Assembly (NCBI GenBank): GCA_039714075.1
Contig: JBDLKA010000041.1
Location: forward strand, 1 to 27,943
Direction: 5' to 3'
DNA: 27,943 nt
Source of the DNA: Candidatus Krumholzibacteriota bacterium
Lineage (GTDB): Bacteria; Krumholzibacteriota; Krumholzibacteriia; LZORAL124-64-63
Shown: positions 9,082 through 18,625 of the stretch, in pieces
Position numbering within the stretch: position 1 is the first letter of the stretch
Layout of the letters: every line of letters begins with the position of its first letter
Position numbers and translations under genes: made by a program
Notes under the pieces: model-generated
Databases searched by the model: none
Told to the model about the DNA's origin: nothing
Seen by the model: the letters and a program-made list of their open reading frames with translations, nothing else

Positions 9082-9957
9082 ATGGTTCGTCACGGTATGT
9101 TGAATAGTGCCATTTTCCGGCTCGCAGTCCTCGGGTTTTGCGCTCTTCTGTTCGTTGGTCCTGTCCTGGCACAGGACGAGGCGACGGAAGAGCCGGGCGA
9201 AGACAAGTTCGCCAAGATCCAGGCTACCAGCGATTCCCTGGGCTTCGGCTCCACGGCCGCGGACTCCCTGCGGGAAGTTCCCCAGATCATCGAACCGGTC
9301 GGCGGCCTCATGGGCTATGTCGACCGCTCCCCGCTGGGCAAGACCGGCGCCGGCGAACTGTTCGTCAAGGGCGGCACCTTCATGTGGTGGCTGCTGACGG
9401 TCGCCCTGGTCGGCTTCATCTTCCTCATCGAGCGCGGCTGGACCCTTAACCGGGCCCGCGTCAACACGCGCAAGCTCATCGGAACGGTCATCACCACGCT
9501 GCGCAACGACGGCGTCCAGGCCGCCAGCGAGGAGTGCCAGAAGGTGCGCGGCCCCATTGCCGCCATCCTGTACGCCGGCCTCCAGAAGGCCGACAAGGGC
9601 CGTGACGCGGTCGAGAAGGCCATCGGCACCGCCGGCACCATCGAGATGTCGTTCCTCGAGCGCGGGCTGATCTGGGTGTCCTCGGTGACCACCATCGCCC
9701 CGCTGATGGGCTTCCTCGGTACGGTGTCCGGTATGATCAACGCCTTCGAGGCCATCGCCGCCAGTGAGCAGGTCAACGCCAAGCTGGTGGCCTCCGGTAT
9801 CTCCGAGGCCCTGATCACCACCGCCACCGGTCTGATCGTCGCCATCCCCGCGACCATCGGTTACAACTACTTCGTCTCGTCCATCGACCGTTTCGTCATC
9901 GAGATGGAAGAGACCAGCGCCGAGCTGATCGAAGAGCTGGAACGGATGAAGGGCTAG
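9082..9957 (+). CDS. exbB: MotA/TolQ/ExbB proton channel protein with signal peptide and N-terminal extension
   Basis: TIAPLMGFLGTVSGMINAF and GISEALITTATGLIVAIPA motifs, upstream of exbD-exbD-tonB. Confidence 0.93.
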   Translation: MVRHGMLNSAIFRLAVLGFCALLFVGPVLAQDEATEEPGEDKFAKIQATSDSLGFGSTAADSLREVPQIIEPVGGLMGYVDRSPLGKTGAGELFVKGGTFMWWLLTVALVGFIFLIERGWTLNRARVNTRKLIGTVITTLRNDGVQAASEECQKVRGPIAAILYAGLQKADKGRDAVEKAIGTAGTIEMSFLERGLIWVSSVTTIAPLMGFLGTVSGMINAFEAIAASEQVNAKLVASGISEALITTATGLIVAIPATIGYNYFVSSIDRFVIEMEETSAELIEELERMKG

Positions 9958-10016
9958 GGAACCGGCGGTTAACCGATTGCGGTCCCGGCGCCCGAGCCGG
10001 GAAGGAAGGTGGAGCG

Positions 10017-10436
10017 ATGGCGGTCATGAAGAAAAAGAAGAAAGAGGCCCTGGGCGAGTTGCGTATGGACTCGACCGCCGACGTGGCCTTCCTTCTGCTG
10101 ATTTTCTTCATCGTGACGACGATCTTCGCGGCCGAGCAGGGCCTGACCCTTGTCCTGCCCGGCAAGCAGAAGGAAAAGACCGACACCGTCAAGGTGAAGG
10201 AAAGCAACATCGCCACCATCTTCGTCCAGGATGACAACAGCATCACGTTGGACCGCAAGCCCGTCGAGGTCAACCACATCAAACGCGCCATCGAGGACCG
10301 CATCCTGGCCAATCCCAAGCTGGTGGTTCTGCTCAAGATCCATCCCGAAGCGGACTACGGCCGGATGATCGCCTGCCTGGATGAATTGCGTCTGGCGAAC
10401 GCCAACAAGGTTTCACTCAAGACCGCGAAGAAATAG
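10017..10436 (+). CDS. exbD: ExbD/TolR biopolymer transport protein (copy 1)
   Basis: Basic N-terminus, TM segment STADVAFLLLIFFIVT with the conserved Asp, and periplasmic domain …ADYGRMIACLDEL. Confidence 0.92.
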   Translation: MAVMKKKKKEALGELRMDSTADVAFLLLIFFIVTTIFAAEQGLTLVLPGKQKEKTDTVKVKESNIATIFVQDDNSITLDRKPVEVNHIKRAIEDRILANPKLVVLLKIHPEADYGRMIACLDELRLANANKVSLKTAKK

Positions 10437-10451
10437 GGAGGAGGCGGGAAC

Positions 10452-10874
10452 ATGGATTTTGGCAGGTCGACCAACAAAGGCACTTTCATTCCCACCTCGT
10501 CCATGGGGGATATCGCCTTCCTGCTGCTGATCTTCTTCATGGTGACCACGATCTTCCGCGAGGAGTCGGGGCTGCCGGTGGAGTTGCCCCGGGCCGAAGC
10601 CGGCGAGGAAGTGAACCGGGAACTGGTCTCCAACATCTACATCAACCGGACAGGCCAGATCTCCATCGACGACCGGCTGGTCCAGGTCAAGCACATCACC
10701 GATATCATCGGTACGAAGATCAGTGACAATCCCCAGTTGATCGTGGCCTTCAAGACGGACACCTACACGGATTACGGAGTGGTCAGCGATGTCATGGAAG
10801 AGTTGAAGGAGGTCAACGCCGTGCGCGTCTTCTTCAACAATGACATCGAAGGCTCCCCGGGCCAGAAGTACTAG
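10452..10874 (+). CDS. exbD: ExbD/TolR biopolymer transport protein (copy 2)
   Basis: IPTSSMGDIAFLLLIFFMVT TM segment, GLPVELPRA and TDYGVVSDVMEEL. GGAGG RBS. Confidence 0.92.
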   Translation: MDFGRSTNKGTFIPTSSMGDIAFLLLIFFMVTTIFREESGLPVELPRAEAGEEVNRELVSNIYINRTGQISIDDRLVQVKHITDIIGTKISDNPQLIVAFKTDTYTDYGVVSDVMEELKEVNAVRVFFNNDIEGSPGQKY

Positions 10875-10881
10875 GAGCGGC

Positions 10882-11550
10882 ATGTCCAGTCTTCCCGCAA
10901 ACGACAATGGCGGTATCCAAAACGGAGTCCGGATGTCGGCCAACGACCAGTTCAAGGCGCAGTACAACAAGTACCTGCGCTGGTCAGCCCTCGTGGCCAT
11001 CCTGCTGGTGCTCATCGGGGCCATGATCTCCCCGACCTATGTGCCCAATCCCTACAAGCTGCGGCAAGAGGAATTCGAAGTCGTCGACGTCGAGGACCAG
11101 GAAATCATCGATATTCCGCCGCCGCCGGTGGAGGCCCCGCCGCCGCCCAAGGTGATCGAGGCCGCGCCCGATGATGAAGTGGACGACGACGTGGAAATCG
11201 CCGATACGCTGATGGATCTGGATACGGCCATCAGTTCGTCGATGCCCAGCTTCTCCACGGGGGATGAAGGCTTCGTGGCTTCGTCCACCAACCCCAAGAT
11301 CACCCACTTCGCCAAACCGGAATATCCGGAAATGGCCCGCCGCGCCCAGATCGAGGGCACGGTCATCGTCAAGGTCCTGGTGGGGCCCGACGGCAGTGTC
11401 AGGGACGCCCAGGTTCTGCAGGGAGTGAACCCGCTGCTGAACAACGCCGCCCTGGTCGCGGCCCGGAAATGCAAGTTCATACCGGGCAAGCAGCGGAACA
11501 TCCCGGTCAAGGCCTGGATGGCGTTGCCCTTCAACTTCCGGTTGCACTAG
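10882..11550 (+). CDS. tonB: Energy transducer TonB
   Basis: Single TM anchor, Pro-rich and acidic linker, and TonB C-terminal domain PEYPEMARRAQIEGTVIVKVLV…FIPGKQ…LPFNF. AGGAG precedes ATG 10882; 10933 is an alternative start. Confidence 0.9.
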   Translation: MSSLPANDNGGIQNGVRMSANDQFKAQYNKYLRWSALVAILLVLIGAMISPTYVPNPYKLRQEEFEVVDVEDQEIIDIPPPPVEAPPPPKVIEAAPDDEVDDDVEIADTLMDLDTAISSSMPSFSTGDEGFVASSTNPKITHFAKPEYPEMARRAQIEGTVIVKVLVGPDGSVRDAQVLQGVNPLLNNAALVAARKCKFIPGKQRNIPVKAWMALPFNFRLH

Positions 11551-11588
11551 ATCGGGACTCGCCCAAGGGGGCGAACTTTTCCAGCCCG

Positions 11589-11619
11589 GGCCGCGTCTTC
11601 ATGGCGCGGCCTTTTTCTT
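11589..11619 (+). terminator. Rho-independent terminator after tonB
   Basis: GGCCGCGTC-TTCAT-GGCGCGGCC stem (one G-U pair) followed by TTTTTCTT. Confidence 0.75.
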
Positions 11620-11852
11620 GTCGGCCGGATGATGTCGCGGCGCCGCGGGACCGAAACGGAATAAATCGCGGTTCGCCGGGTATTAGTTCCACCCTGGCCG
11701 CAACAGAAAAGATGTTTTCCACGTAGGACCTCAGGTTAATTGGTTGGAATCGGGAGCGGGGGGATTTATGATCCCCTCCGGAACCATGAAGCGACAATGG
11801 CCCTGGCCGCGGTGGTCGGGAGGGTCGTTTGAATTTCTCCGGGAGTGTCACA

Positions 11853-13259
11853 ATGTATCGTGTCCGAGCGGCGAATATCCGCCAAACGCCTTTTTTCACC
11901 TTGAGCATGATGATTCCGGCCGTCCTTGCGGTTCTGCTGCTCCTTGTCCTGCCCGCGCGGGCCCAGGATTCCGCTCCTGTGGGCGGGGATCTGCCGGTTT
12001 TATCCCTCCAGCAGTGCATCCGGATCGCCCTGGAGGACAGCCCCCGTCTCCTGGTCGAGGATCAACGGCGCCACATCGCCTCCCAGGATGTCACCGGGGC
12101 CTGGGGACAGTTCCTGCCCACCATCACCCTGGGCTACAACTGGAACAAGGGAGAGCTCAAGGAATTCGATGTTCCCCAGATGGATGGCACCACCGCCGAT
12201 CAGACGGCATTCACCAAGACCAAAAGACTGAACGGCCAGACCAGCCTGAACGTCTTCCGGGGGTTCTCCAAGTTCAGCCGCCTGAGCAGCGCCAGGAACC
12301 AGTTGAGATCGGCCGAGGCCAACCGCGACTACACCCGGGAACTGGTGGTGGAAGATGTGACGGCCGCCTATTTCAATCTCATGCGTTTCCAGAGGCTGCT
12401 AGCGGTGGCCCTCGAAACCCGGGAACAGGTGGCCCTGGAACTGGAAAGAACGGAGACCTATTTCCGGCTGGGCAGCGCCGCCAAGAGCGACGTGCTGCAG
12501 CAGAGGGTCCAGCTGGAGAACACCAAGCTGGAAGTGGTGATTGCCGACAACAACGTCAACAACGCCTTTGCCGATCTGGCCTTTCTCATGAATCACCCCC
12601 TGGCCGAAGGTTTCGAAGTCGATGCGACCATTCTCGACACCGAGTACACCATTCCTCCGGTCGGCGACCTTTACCAGGAGGCCCTGGCCAACCGGCTGGA
12701 CATCCTCAGTTCGGAGCACAACCTGGAGGCCCGCCACAAGGATGTGACCACCGCCACGGCGACCGCCTGGCCCAGTGTGGATCTCTTCGCCCAGCACGAC
12801 CGCGCGGATGCCGACACGCCCTACCGCTTCGGTTCCCAGAAGTCAGCCAACACCTATTTCGGCTGGAGCGCCTCCTGGAACGTCTTTGACCGCCTGCAGA
12901 CCTGGACCGGCCGTTCACAGGCCAAGGCCAACGCCCGGATCGCCGAATACGAACTCCAGCAGGCCAAGCTCAACGTCCAGGTCGAGATCCGTCAGCTCCA
13001 CAATTCCATGGTCGAGGCCAGGGAAAGGGCCCACGTCAGCGAGGAGACGATCATCCAGTCGGAGGAGGAGCTGCGCCTGGCCAGCGAAAGATTCCGCGTG
13101 GGTGCCGGCACGACCCTGGACATCATCGTCGCCCAGGCCAATCTGGCCAATTCCCGAGCTTCGGAAGTCCAGGCCATGTGTGACTTCCTCATCGCCGAGA
13201 CCAGGTTGAACCGCGCGCTCGGCCGGGCCACGTCCCGGGGCGGCGGGGTGCAGCAATGA
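11853..13259 (+). CDS. TolC-family outer membrane efflux protein
   Basis: Signal peptide (…ARA/QD), [15 protein letters not shown], two OEP repeats ([28 protein letters not shown]), ending LNRALG. GGGAG precedes ATG 11853. Confidence 0.92.
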   Translation: MYRVRAANIRQTPFFTLSMMIPAVLAVLLLLVLPARAQDSAPVGGDLPVLSLQQCIRIALEDSPRLLVEDQRRHIASQDVTGAWGQFLPTITLGYNWNKGELKEFDVPQMDGTTADQTAFTKTKRLNGQTSLNVFRGFSKFSRLSSARNQLRSAEANRDYTRELVVEDVTAAYFNLMRFQRLLAVALETREQVALELERTETYFRLGSAAKSDVLQQRVQLENTKLEVVIADNNVNNAFADLAFLMNHPLAEGFEVDATILDTEYTIPPVGDLYQEALANRLDILSSEHNLEARHKDVTTATATAWPSVDLFAQHDRADADTPYRFGSQKSANTYFGWSASWNVFDRLQTWTGRSQAKANARIAEYELQQAKLNVQVEIRQLHNSMVEARERAHVSEETIIQSEEELRLASERFRVGAGTTLDIIVAQANLANSRASEVQAMCDFLIAETRLNRALGRATSRGGGVQQ

Positions 13260-13966
13260 GTGATCCGTCGACCGGCCCCCTGATTTCGGTTCATGATCTG
13301 CACAAGATCTACGAGGTCGGATCCCAGACCGTCCCGGCGGTGCAGGGGATCGACCTGGTAGTCGAGCGGGGTGAATTCATGGCGATCATGGGCTCCAGCG
13401 GTTCCGGGAAATCCACCCTGATGAACATGCTCGGGTGCCTGGACACGCCCACCCGGGGCACCTATCACCTGAACGGCACCGAGGTCAGCACCCTGAGGGA
13501 CGACCAGCTGGCCGAGATCCGCAACCGGGAAATCGGTTTCGTATTCCAGACGTTCAACCTTTTGCCCCGCAGCACCGCCTCGCAGAACGTCGAACTGCCA
13601 CTGATCTACGCCGGGCTCAAGGTCGCCGAGCGATCCGGCCGGGTGGCCCGGGCCATTGAATCCGTGGGGCTGACCGACCGCCGCACCCACAAGCCCAACG
13701 AACTGTCCGGTGGCCAAAGGCAGCGCGTGGCCATCGCCCGCGCCCTGGTCAACGATCCCTCCCTGCTGCTGGCTGACGAACCCACCGGCAACCTGGATTC
13801 GGTGACCAGCGAGGAGATCATGCAGATCCTCAGCGGTTTGAACGCCAGGGGGCACACGGTTATCATCGTCACCCACGAGGAGGATATCGCCGCCCGCTGC
13901 CGCCGGGTCGTCCGCCTGCATGACGGCCGCATCGCCAGTGACCAGGTGCAGACTCCCGTTTCCTGA
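13256..13966 (+). CDS. ABC transporter ATP-binding protein, MacB/LolD type
   Basis: Walker [47 protein letters not shown] and VTH. ATGA overlap with the tolC-like gene. Confidence 0.95.
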   Translation: MSDPSTGPLISVHDLHKIYEVGSQTVPAVQGIDLVVERGEFMAIMGSSGSGKSTLMNMLGCLDTPTRGTYHLNGTEVSTLRDDQLAEIRNREIGFVFQTFNLLPRSTASQNVELPLIYAGLKVAERSGRVARAIESVGLTDRRTHKPNELSGGQRQRVAIARALVNDPSLLLADEPTGNLDSVTSEEIMQILSGLNARGHTVIIVTHEEDIAARCRRVVRLHDGRIASDQVQTPVS

Positions 13967-14104
13967 CTTTTTCGTTCATGCCCGTTCAAGTCCTCCGCGA
14001 TCCTGTCGAAATACCTCAACAGGAAAGACTTGAGGCTGTCCGCCCCTGTTGCGGCCGGCACGGGACATCGGTGTGATCATTAAAGGTGACCGCGGAGCCT
14101 GCGG

Positions 14105-15364
14105 ATGTACTTTTTCTATTTCTATCCCCTGGGATTGGACCGCAAGCGGACCTGTCGACCGTGGTTGTCATGGTCCCTGCTGGTGTCGATGGTCATGGCC
14201 TTCCTGTGGGTCACCTATTTCCCGGACCGCGGCCCCATCTCTCCCTATGACCTGGTCTATTACCAGGGATACGCCTCGCCGCTGACCGCCGTGACCGCCA
14301 TCTTCCTGCACGGGAGTTGGATGCATCTGCTGGGAAACCTGCTGTATCTCCACGTTTTCGGGCCGCCTCTGGAAGACCGCCTCGGGCGGGTCAAGTTCCT
14401 GATGTATTTCCTGATCATGGGAGTGGGGGGCAATCTGGCCCACGGTGTGACCTCGGCATTGGACTTGCTCGGCCAGGGCGGGGCAGGCGTCATGGGTGCG
14501 TCAGGAGCCATAGCGGGCCTCCTGGCCTTTTCCCTGGTCCGCCTCTATGACGCCCGGGTGGAGGTCGCCTGGTGGGTCCTGGCGCCTCTGGGGGGCCACA
14601 ACAAGGCGGGCCGCACGCGTGTCCCCATGGTGGCGGCCGTTGGCTTCTGGCTTCTGCTGCAGATCGTCCAGGCTCTTCTCGCGTCCGAGACCGGCGCCAG
14701 TGTCTCTTTCGGTGCCCATTTCGGCGGCTTCGCCCTGGGTCTGGTTCTGGCCTTGCTGATGGGCGAGTTGGAAGCGGGCCGGACCGAAGCCGTCGGGGCG
14801 CGGGCGGCCAGGTATTTCCAGCAGGGGCAGTTCCATGCCGCCGCGGGAAGCTGGACCGAGTATCTGGACCGGCGGCCGGACGACCTGCCCGGACGGATCG
14901 AGCTCGCCCGGGCCCAGAAACTGTGCCGTATGGAGGGAGAGTCGTTCGGCAATTTCCGGCGCGTCTTTTTGACGCTGATCGGAGTCGGCCGGATTCCCGA
15001 GGCCCTGGAGATCTACAACGAAGCCAGCCGCGGTTACGGGGGCCGGTGGCTGGAGCCCGGTGATCTGGCCAAGGTGGCCTATTACAAGGAAAAGCAGTTG
15101 GACTATACCGGAGCCCTGGAGGCCTATCGCCAGCTCTATGATGCCTACCCGACCCACCCCGAGGGCCAGCGGGCCCTGGTGCGGGTCATCGTCCTGCATC
15201 ATGGCAAGGTGGCCGATCCGGAGCAGGCGCGCCGGTGGTTGCAGCGGGCCCACCGGGAGATGCCGCCCGGGAGTTGGCGGGATTATCTGGACCGGGAATT
15301 CAACCTGGCAGAAGAGCCGCGTGCAGCCGTTCCGGAAGATCTGCGGGCGGGTCCCCCGGGATGA
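14105..15364 (+). CDS. Rhomboid-family intramembrane serine protease with C-terminal TPR-like domain
   Basis: [12 protein letters not shown], catalytic GASG and AHFGG, followed by a helical repeat-like tail ([14 protein letters not shown]…; [13 protein letters not shown]). Confidence 0.88.
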   Translation: MYFFYFYPLGLDRKRTCRPWLSWSLLVSMVMAFLWVTYFPDRGPISPYDLVYYQGYASPLTAVTAIFLHGSWMHLLGNLLYLHVFGPPLEDRLGRVKFLMYFLIMGVGGNLAHGVTSALDLLGQGGAGVMGASGAIAGLLAFSLVRLYDARVEVAWWVLAPLGGHNKAGRTRVPMVAAVGFWLLLQIVQALLASETGASVSFGAHFGGFALGLVLALLMGELEAGRTEAVGARAARYFQQGQFHAAAGSWTEYLDRRPDDLPGRIELARAQKLCRMEGESFGNFRRVFLTLIGVGRIPEALEIYNEASRGYGGRWLEPGDLAKVAYYKEKQLDYTGALEAYRQLYDAYPTHPEGQRALVRVIVLHHGKVADPEQARRWLQRAHREMPPGSWRDYLDREFNLAEEPRAAVPEDLRAGPPG

Positions 15365-16589
15365 GAATCCTGAGGGCGGAGCCGTCGGCGCGCATCCGCC
15401 AGCCCGGGATGTGGAAACCGTCCAGAAGGCCGGAAACGTGACGCTGGACTTCGAGCCAACTGTCGGGCCGACCTCCGGCCAGGCTGATGCAGGCCAGGTC
15501 GTCCTGCAGGATCATTCGTCCCGCTTCCGGATCCCGTAGCGGGTCCAACGCCTCCCGCAAGCCGACGAGAGCTGATTTTTTTGCCAGAACCTCCCAGCGA
15601 AAACCCTCCCCGCTGTCGAGCCATTCGGCGACCATGCAGGCCGGATCGAGACTTTCCAGGATGAGGTCCCGCCAGTGTTGTCCCAGGTTATCGTCAGCGG
15701 TGGTCAGGCGCAGCCGGGTGACCTTCGGGTCCACATTCATCACCAGGGGACGGTAGCGGTCTTCGCGTTGGCAGGGGCCGGATGCCGGGGCGACGGCCGC
15801 AGGTTGGGATGGGGCGGGCCGGGGTTCGGCCCCGGGGGCGCCGATGGTGGTGCCGGGGCCGTCGTGGAAACTGGACCGGACCGTCAGGGGAACCCGGTGG
15901 ACGTCCGCATATTCAACGGCCCTGATGTGGACGACGCCGCAGCCGGAGGAAGCGATCTGACGCATGTCGTCCCAACTCAGTTCCTCATGACGCCGCGCCT
16001 CGGGAACCAGGCGGGGGTCCGCGCTCATGACGCCGTCGACGTCCTTGAGGATTTCACACCGGACCGCACCCAGGGCGGCGGCCAGGGCCACGGCGGTGGT
16101 GTCGCTGCCGCCGCGGCCGAGAGTGGTGATCTCCCTTTGGCGGCTGACGCCCTGGAAACCCGCCACGACCACGGTGTAGCCGGCGGCCAGGGATTCCCGC
16201 ACCCGGTCGCCCTTGACCTCGAGAATGCGGGCGTCGTTGTGGCTGTCGTCGGTGATGATCCCGCACTGGCTGCCGGTGTAGCTGATGGCGGGGCAGCCTT
16301 CGCCGGCCAGGGCCATGGACAGCAGGCTCATGGTGACGCGTTCCCCGACCGAAAGCAGCATGTCCAGTTCCCGGCGGGGTGGATCGGGGTTGGTCCGCGT
16401 GGCCAGATCCGCGAGTTCGTCGGTGGTTTTGCCCATGGCGCTGACGACCACGACCACCTGGTAGCCCTCGTCGCGGGCGCGGCGGATGTCCCGGGCGACG
16501 GCCTTGATACGCTCCACGTCGGCCAGGCTGGAACCCCCGTATTTACGGACCAGGACCGTACCGGAAGTGCTGGGAATGGGGCTGGTCAA
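15300..16589 (-). CDS. lysC: Aspartate kinase
   Basis: [22 protein letters not shown]…[17 protein letters not shown] and [13 protein letters not shown] start at 16589 after GAAGGA; the ORF track extends to 16772. Confidence 0.9.
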   Translation of the reverse strand: MTSPIPSTSGTVLVRKYGGSSLADVERIKAVARDIRRARDEGYQVVVVVSAMGKTTDELADLATRTNPDPPRRELDMLLSVGERVTMSLLSMALAGEGCPAISYTGSQCGIITDDSHNDARILEVKGDRVRESLAAGYTVVVAGFQGVSRQREITTLGRGGSDTTAVALAAALGAVRCEILKDVDGVMSADPRLVPEARRHEELSWDDMRQIASSGCGVVHIRAVEYADVHRVPLTVRSSFHDGPGTTIGAPGAEPRPAPSQPAAVAPASGPCQREDRYRPLVMNVDPKVTRLRLTTADDNLGQHWRDLILESLDPACMVAEWLDSGEGFRWEVLAKKSALVGLREALDPLRDPEAGRMILQDDLACISLAGGRPDSWLEVQRHVSGLLDGFHIPGWRMRADGSALRILIPGDPPADLPERLHAALLPG

Positions 16590-16664
16590 ATCTGATCCTT
16601 CCACGAATACGCCGATTTTCAGGGGGCTGCCGCAATGGCCACGGGGTGTGGGACCGCGCCATGC

Positions 16665-16693
16665 AGAATAAGGCAGGCCGTGGCCCCGGACAA
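16665..16693 (-). promoter_or_regulatory. Putative sigma70 promoter for the aspartokinase gene
   Basis: Minus strand TTGTCC-17 nt-TATTCT, about 75 nt upstream of the start. Confidence 0.4.
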
Positions 16694-16840
16694 GATCAAT
16701 TGGGCATTCGGGCGGTCCCCACCTGGAGGCGGCCCCGGATTCCCCAATCGGCGGGAATCTGACCTGATACATTAAGGAGCGGGTGAAAAAAATTGAAGAA
16801 AAAGAAGATAGCGGTTCAGGAAAATCTCAGGAACCCGGTA

Positions 16841-17524
16841 ATGGAGCCGAAAACGGGGGCCGGGGACAGGGATCGGGAATGGAGATGGTCCCGTTTTGGC
16901 CCAGGGGGCTGGACCAACCGGGAACTGATCTGTTGCGTCCTGGGTCCCGGAGGTCCGGTGACCGCGGCGGAGGCGGCGGCCCGATTGCTCGATTCGTTTG
17001 CGGGTCTGGGTGAACTGGCCGCCGAACGTCCCGCCGCCCTGGCCCGGGGATTCGGACTGGGGCCCGCCAGGACCACGCGTCTGCTGGCCGCTTTTGAACT
17101 GGGATTCCGGGCCGGATGGCCGGCGCGCAGGGCGGGATTCACCGTCCGCAGCCCCGCCGATGTCCATCCCCTGCTGCGGGAAGAATTCCGCGGTCTTGAC
17201 AGGGAGCGTTTCCTGGCGCTTTATCTCGATACACGGCATCGTCTCAAGGCTGCCGAAACAGTCTCCATCGGCTCGTTGAATGCCTCTCTGGTTCATCCTC
17301 GGGAGGTATTCAAGCCGGCGGTCGCCATGTCGGCCGCCGCGGTCATCGTGGCGCACAATCATCCCTCGGGAGATGCTTCTCCCAGCGGGGATGATCTCGA
17401 CCTGACCGCGCGGCTTGACCGTTGCGGAGATCTGCTCGGTATTGCACTATTGGACCACCTCGTGGTGGGTGACGAGGAAATCATCAGCATAAGGGAATAC
17501 GGCTGGCCGGAATGCTCCCCTTGA
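16841..17524 (+). CDS. radC: RadC/UPF0758 JAB-domain protein
   Basis: HhH-like GFGLGPAR, then ERFLALYLD, SIGSLNASLVHPREVFK, HNHPSGDASPSGDD and LLDHLVVG. Start uncertain. Confidence 0.92.
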   Translation: MEPKTGAGDRDREWRWSRFGPGGWTNRELICCVLGPGGPVTAAEAAARLLDSFAGLGELAAERPAALARGFGLGPARTTRLLAAFELGFRAGWPARRAGFTVRSPADVHPLLREEFRGLDRERFLALYLDTRHRLKAAETVSIGSLNASLVHPREVFKPAVAMSAAAVIVAHNHPSGDASPSGDDLDLTARLDRCGDLLGIALLDHLVVGDEEIISIREYGWPECSP

Positions 17525-17560
17525 ATGAACCGGCGCGGCCCATCCGGAAGGATTCGGAAA

Positions 17561-18595
17561 ATGCTCAAACGCTTCCAGGGGATGTTCACCAACGACATTG
17601 CCATCGATCTCGGAACCGCGAACACACTCGTCTACATCAAGGGCAAGGGTATCGTCCTGAACCAGCCCTCGGTCGTTTCGCTGGACAAGGATACGGGCAA
17701 GGTCTACGCCGTGGGCGCCGAGGCCAAGGCCATGCTGGGCAAGACACCGGACCGGATATCGGCCATCCGGCCCATGAAGGACGGCGTGATCGCCGACTTC
17801 GAGGTTACCGAATACATGCTGCGCGAGTTCATCAAGCTCGCCCAGAAGAAACGCCACTTCATCGCGCCGCGGATCGTGGTCTGCGTTCCGTCGGGTATCA
17901 CCGAAGTGGAAAAGCGCGCGGTGCGGGACAGCGCCAAACACGCCGGCGCCCGTGAAGTGTTCCTGGTGGCCGAACCCATGGCCGCGGCCATCGGCGTCGG
18001 ACTGCCGGTGGACCAGCCCAGCGGCAACATGATCATCGACGTGGGCGGCGGCACCACCGAGATCGCGGTCATCGCGCTGAACGGCATCGTCTGCGACACG
18101 AGCATCCGCGTGGGCGGGGACGAACTGGATGAAGCGATCGTCAGCTACATCAAGAAGAACCACAACCTGCTGATAGGCGACCAGACCGCCGAGAACATCA
18201 AGAAGACCATCGGGTCGGCCCACAAGTTCGACGAGGAACGCGAGATGGAGGTGAAGGGCCTGTACCAGGTGTCGGGCGTGCCCAAGACCCTGAAGATCTC
18301 CTCCATGGAAATCCGCGAAGCCCTGATGGAACCCATCCAGGCGATCTGCGACGCGCTCAAGCAGTCGCTGGAGCAGACGCCTCCCGAACTGGCCGCGGAC
18401 ATCAAGGACCGCGGTATCGTGCTCACCGGCGGCGGCGCCCTGCTCAAGGGCCTTCCCGAACTGTTGCGCGAGCAGACGGACCTGCCCATCAACCTCATGG
18501 ACGACCCCCTCTTCTGTGTGGTGCTGGGAACAGGCAAGATCCTGGACGATTTCGAACGCTACCGGCCGGTAATCATGCGGGGCGGCCGCACCTAG
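17561..18595 (+). CDS. mreB: Rod shape-determining actin-like protein MreB
   Basis: IAIDLGTANT, RPMKDGVIADF, DVGGGTTE and VLTGGGALL. Confidence 0.97.
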   Translation: MLKRFQGMFTNDIAIDLGTANTLVYIKGKGIVLNQPSVVSLDKDTGKVYAVGAEAKAMLGKTPDRISAIRPMKDGVIADFEVTEYMLREFIKLAQKKRHFIAPRIVVCVPSGITEVEKRAVRDSAKHAGAREVFLVAEPMAAAIGVGLPVDQPSGNMIIDVGGGTTEIAVIALNGIVCDTSIRVGGDELDEAIVSYIKKNHNLLIGDQTAENIKKTIGSAHKFDEEREMEVKGLYQVSGVPKTLKISSMEIREALMEPIQAICDALKQSLEQTPPELAADIKDRGIVLTGGGALLKGLPELLREQTDLPINLMDDPLFCVVLGTGKILDDFERYRPVIMRGGRT

Positions 18596-18625
18596 CAGGC
18601 CGCCAGGAAGAGTGGGCCCGGACCC

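Noticed and set aside
11744..12889. 381-aa alternative-frame ORF over the tolC-like gene
   Set aside because: Pro/Arg/Gly-rich off-frame translation typical of GC-rich DNA.
16590..16840. Lysine riboswitch upstream of the aspartokinase
   Set aside because: No recognisable lysine-riboswitch consensus or terminator on the minus strand. Only a short GATTCCC/GGGAATC hairpin is present.
16841..17524. radC as a marker of a mobile or anti-defence element
   Set aside because: Full-length chromosomal type with an HhH region, in the known radC-mreBCD context, with no mobility genes nearby.
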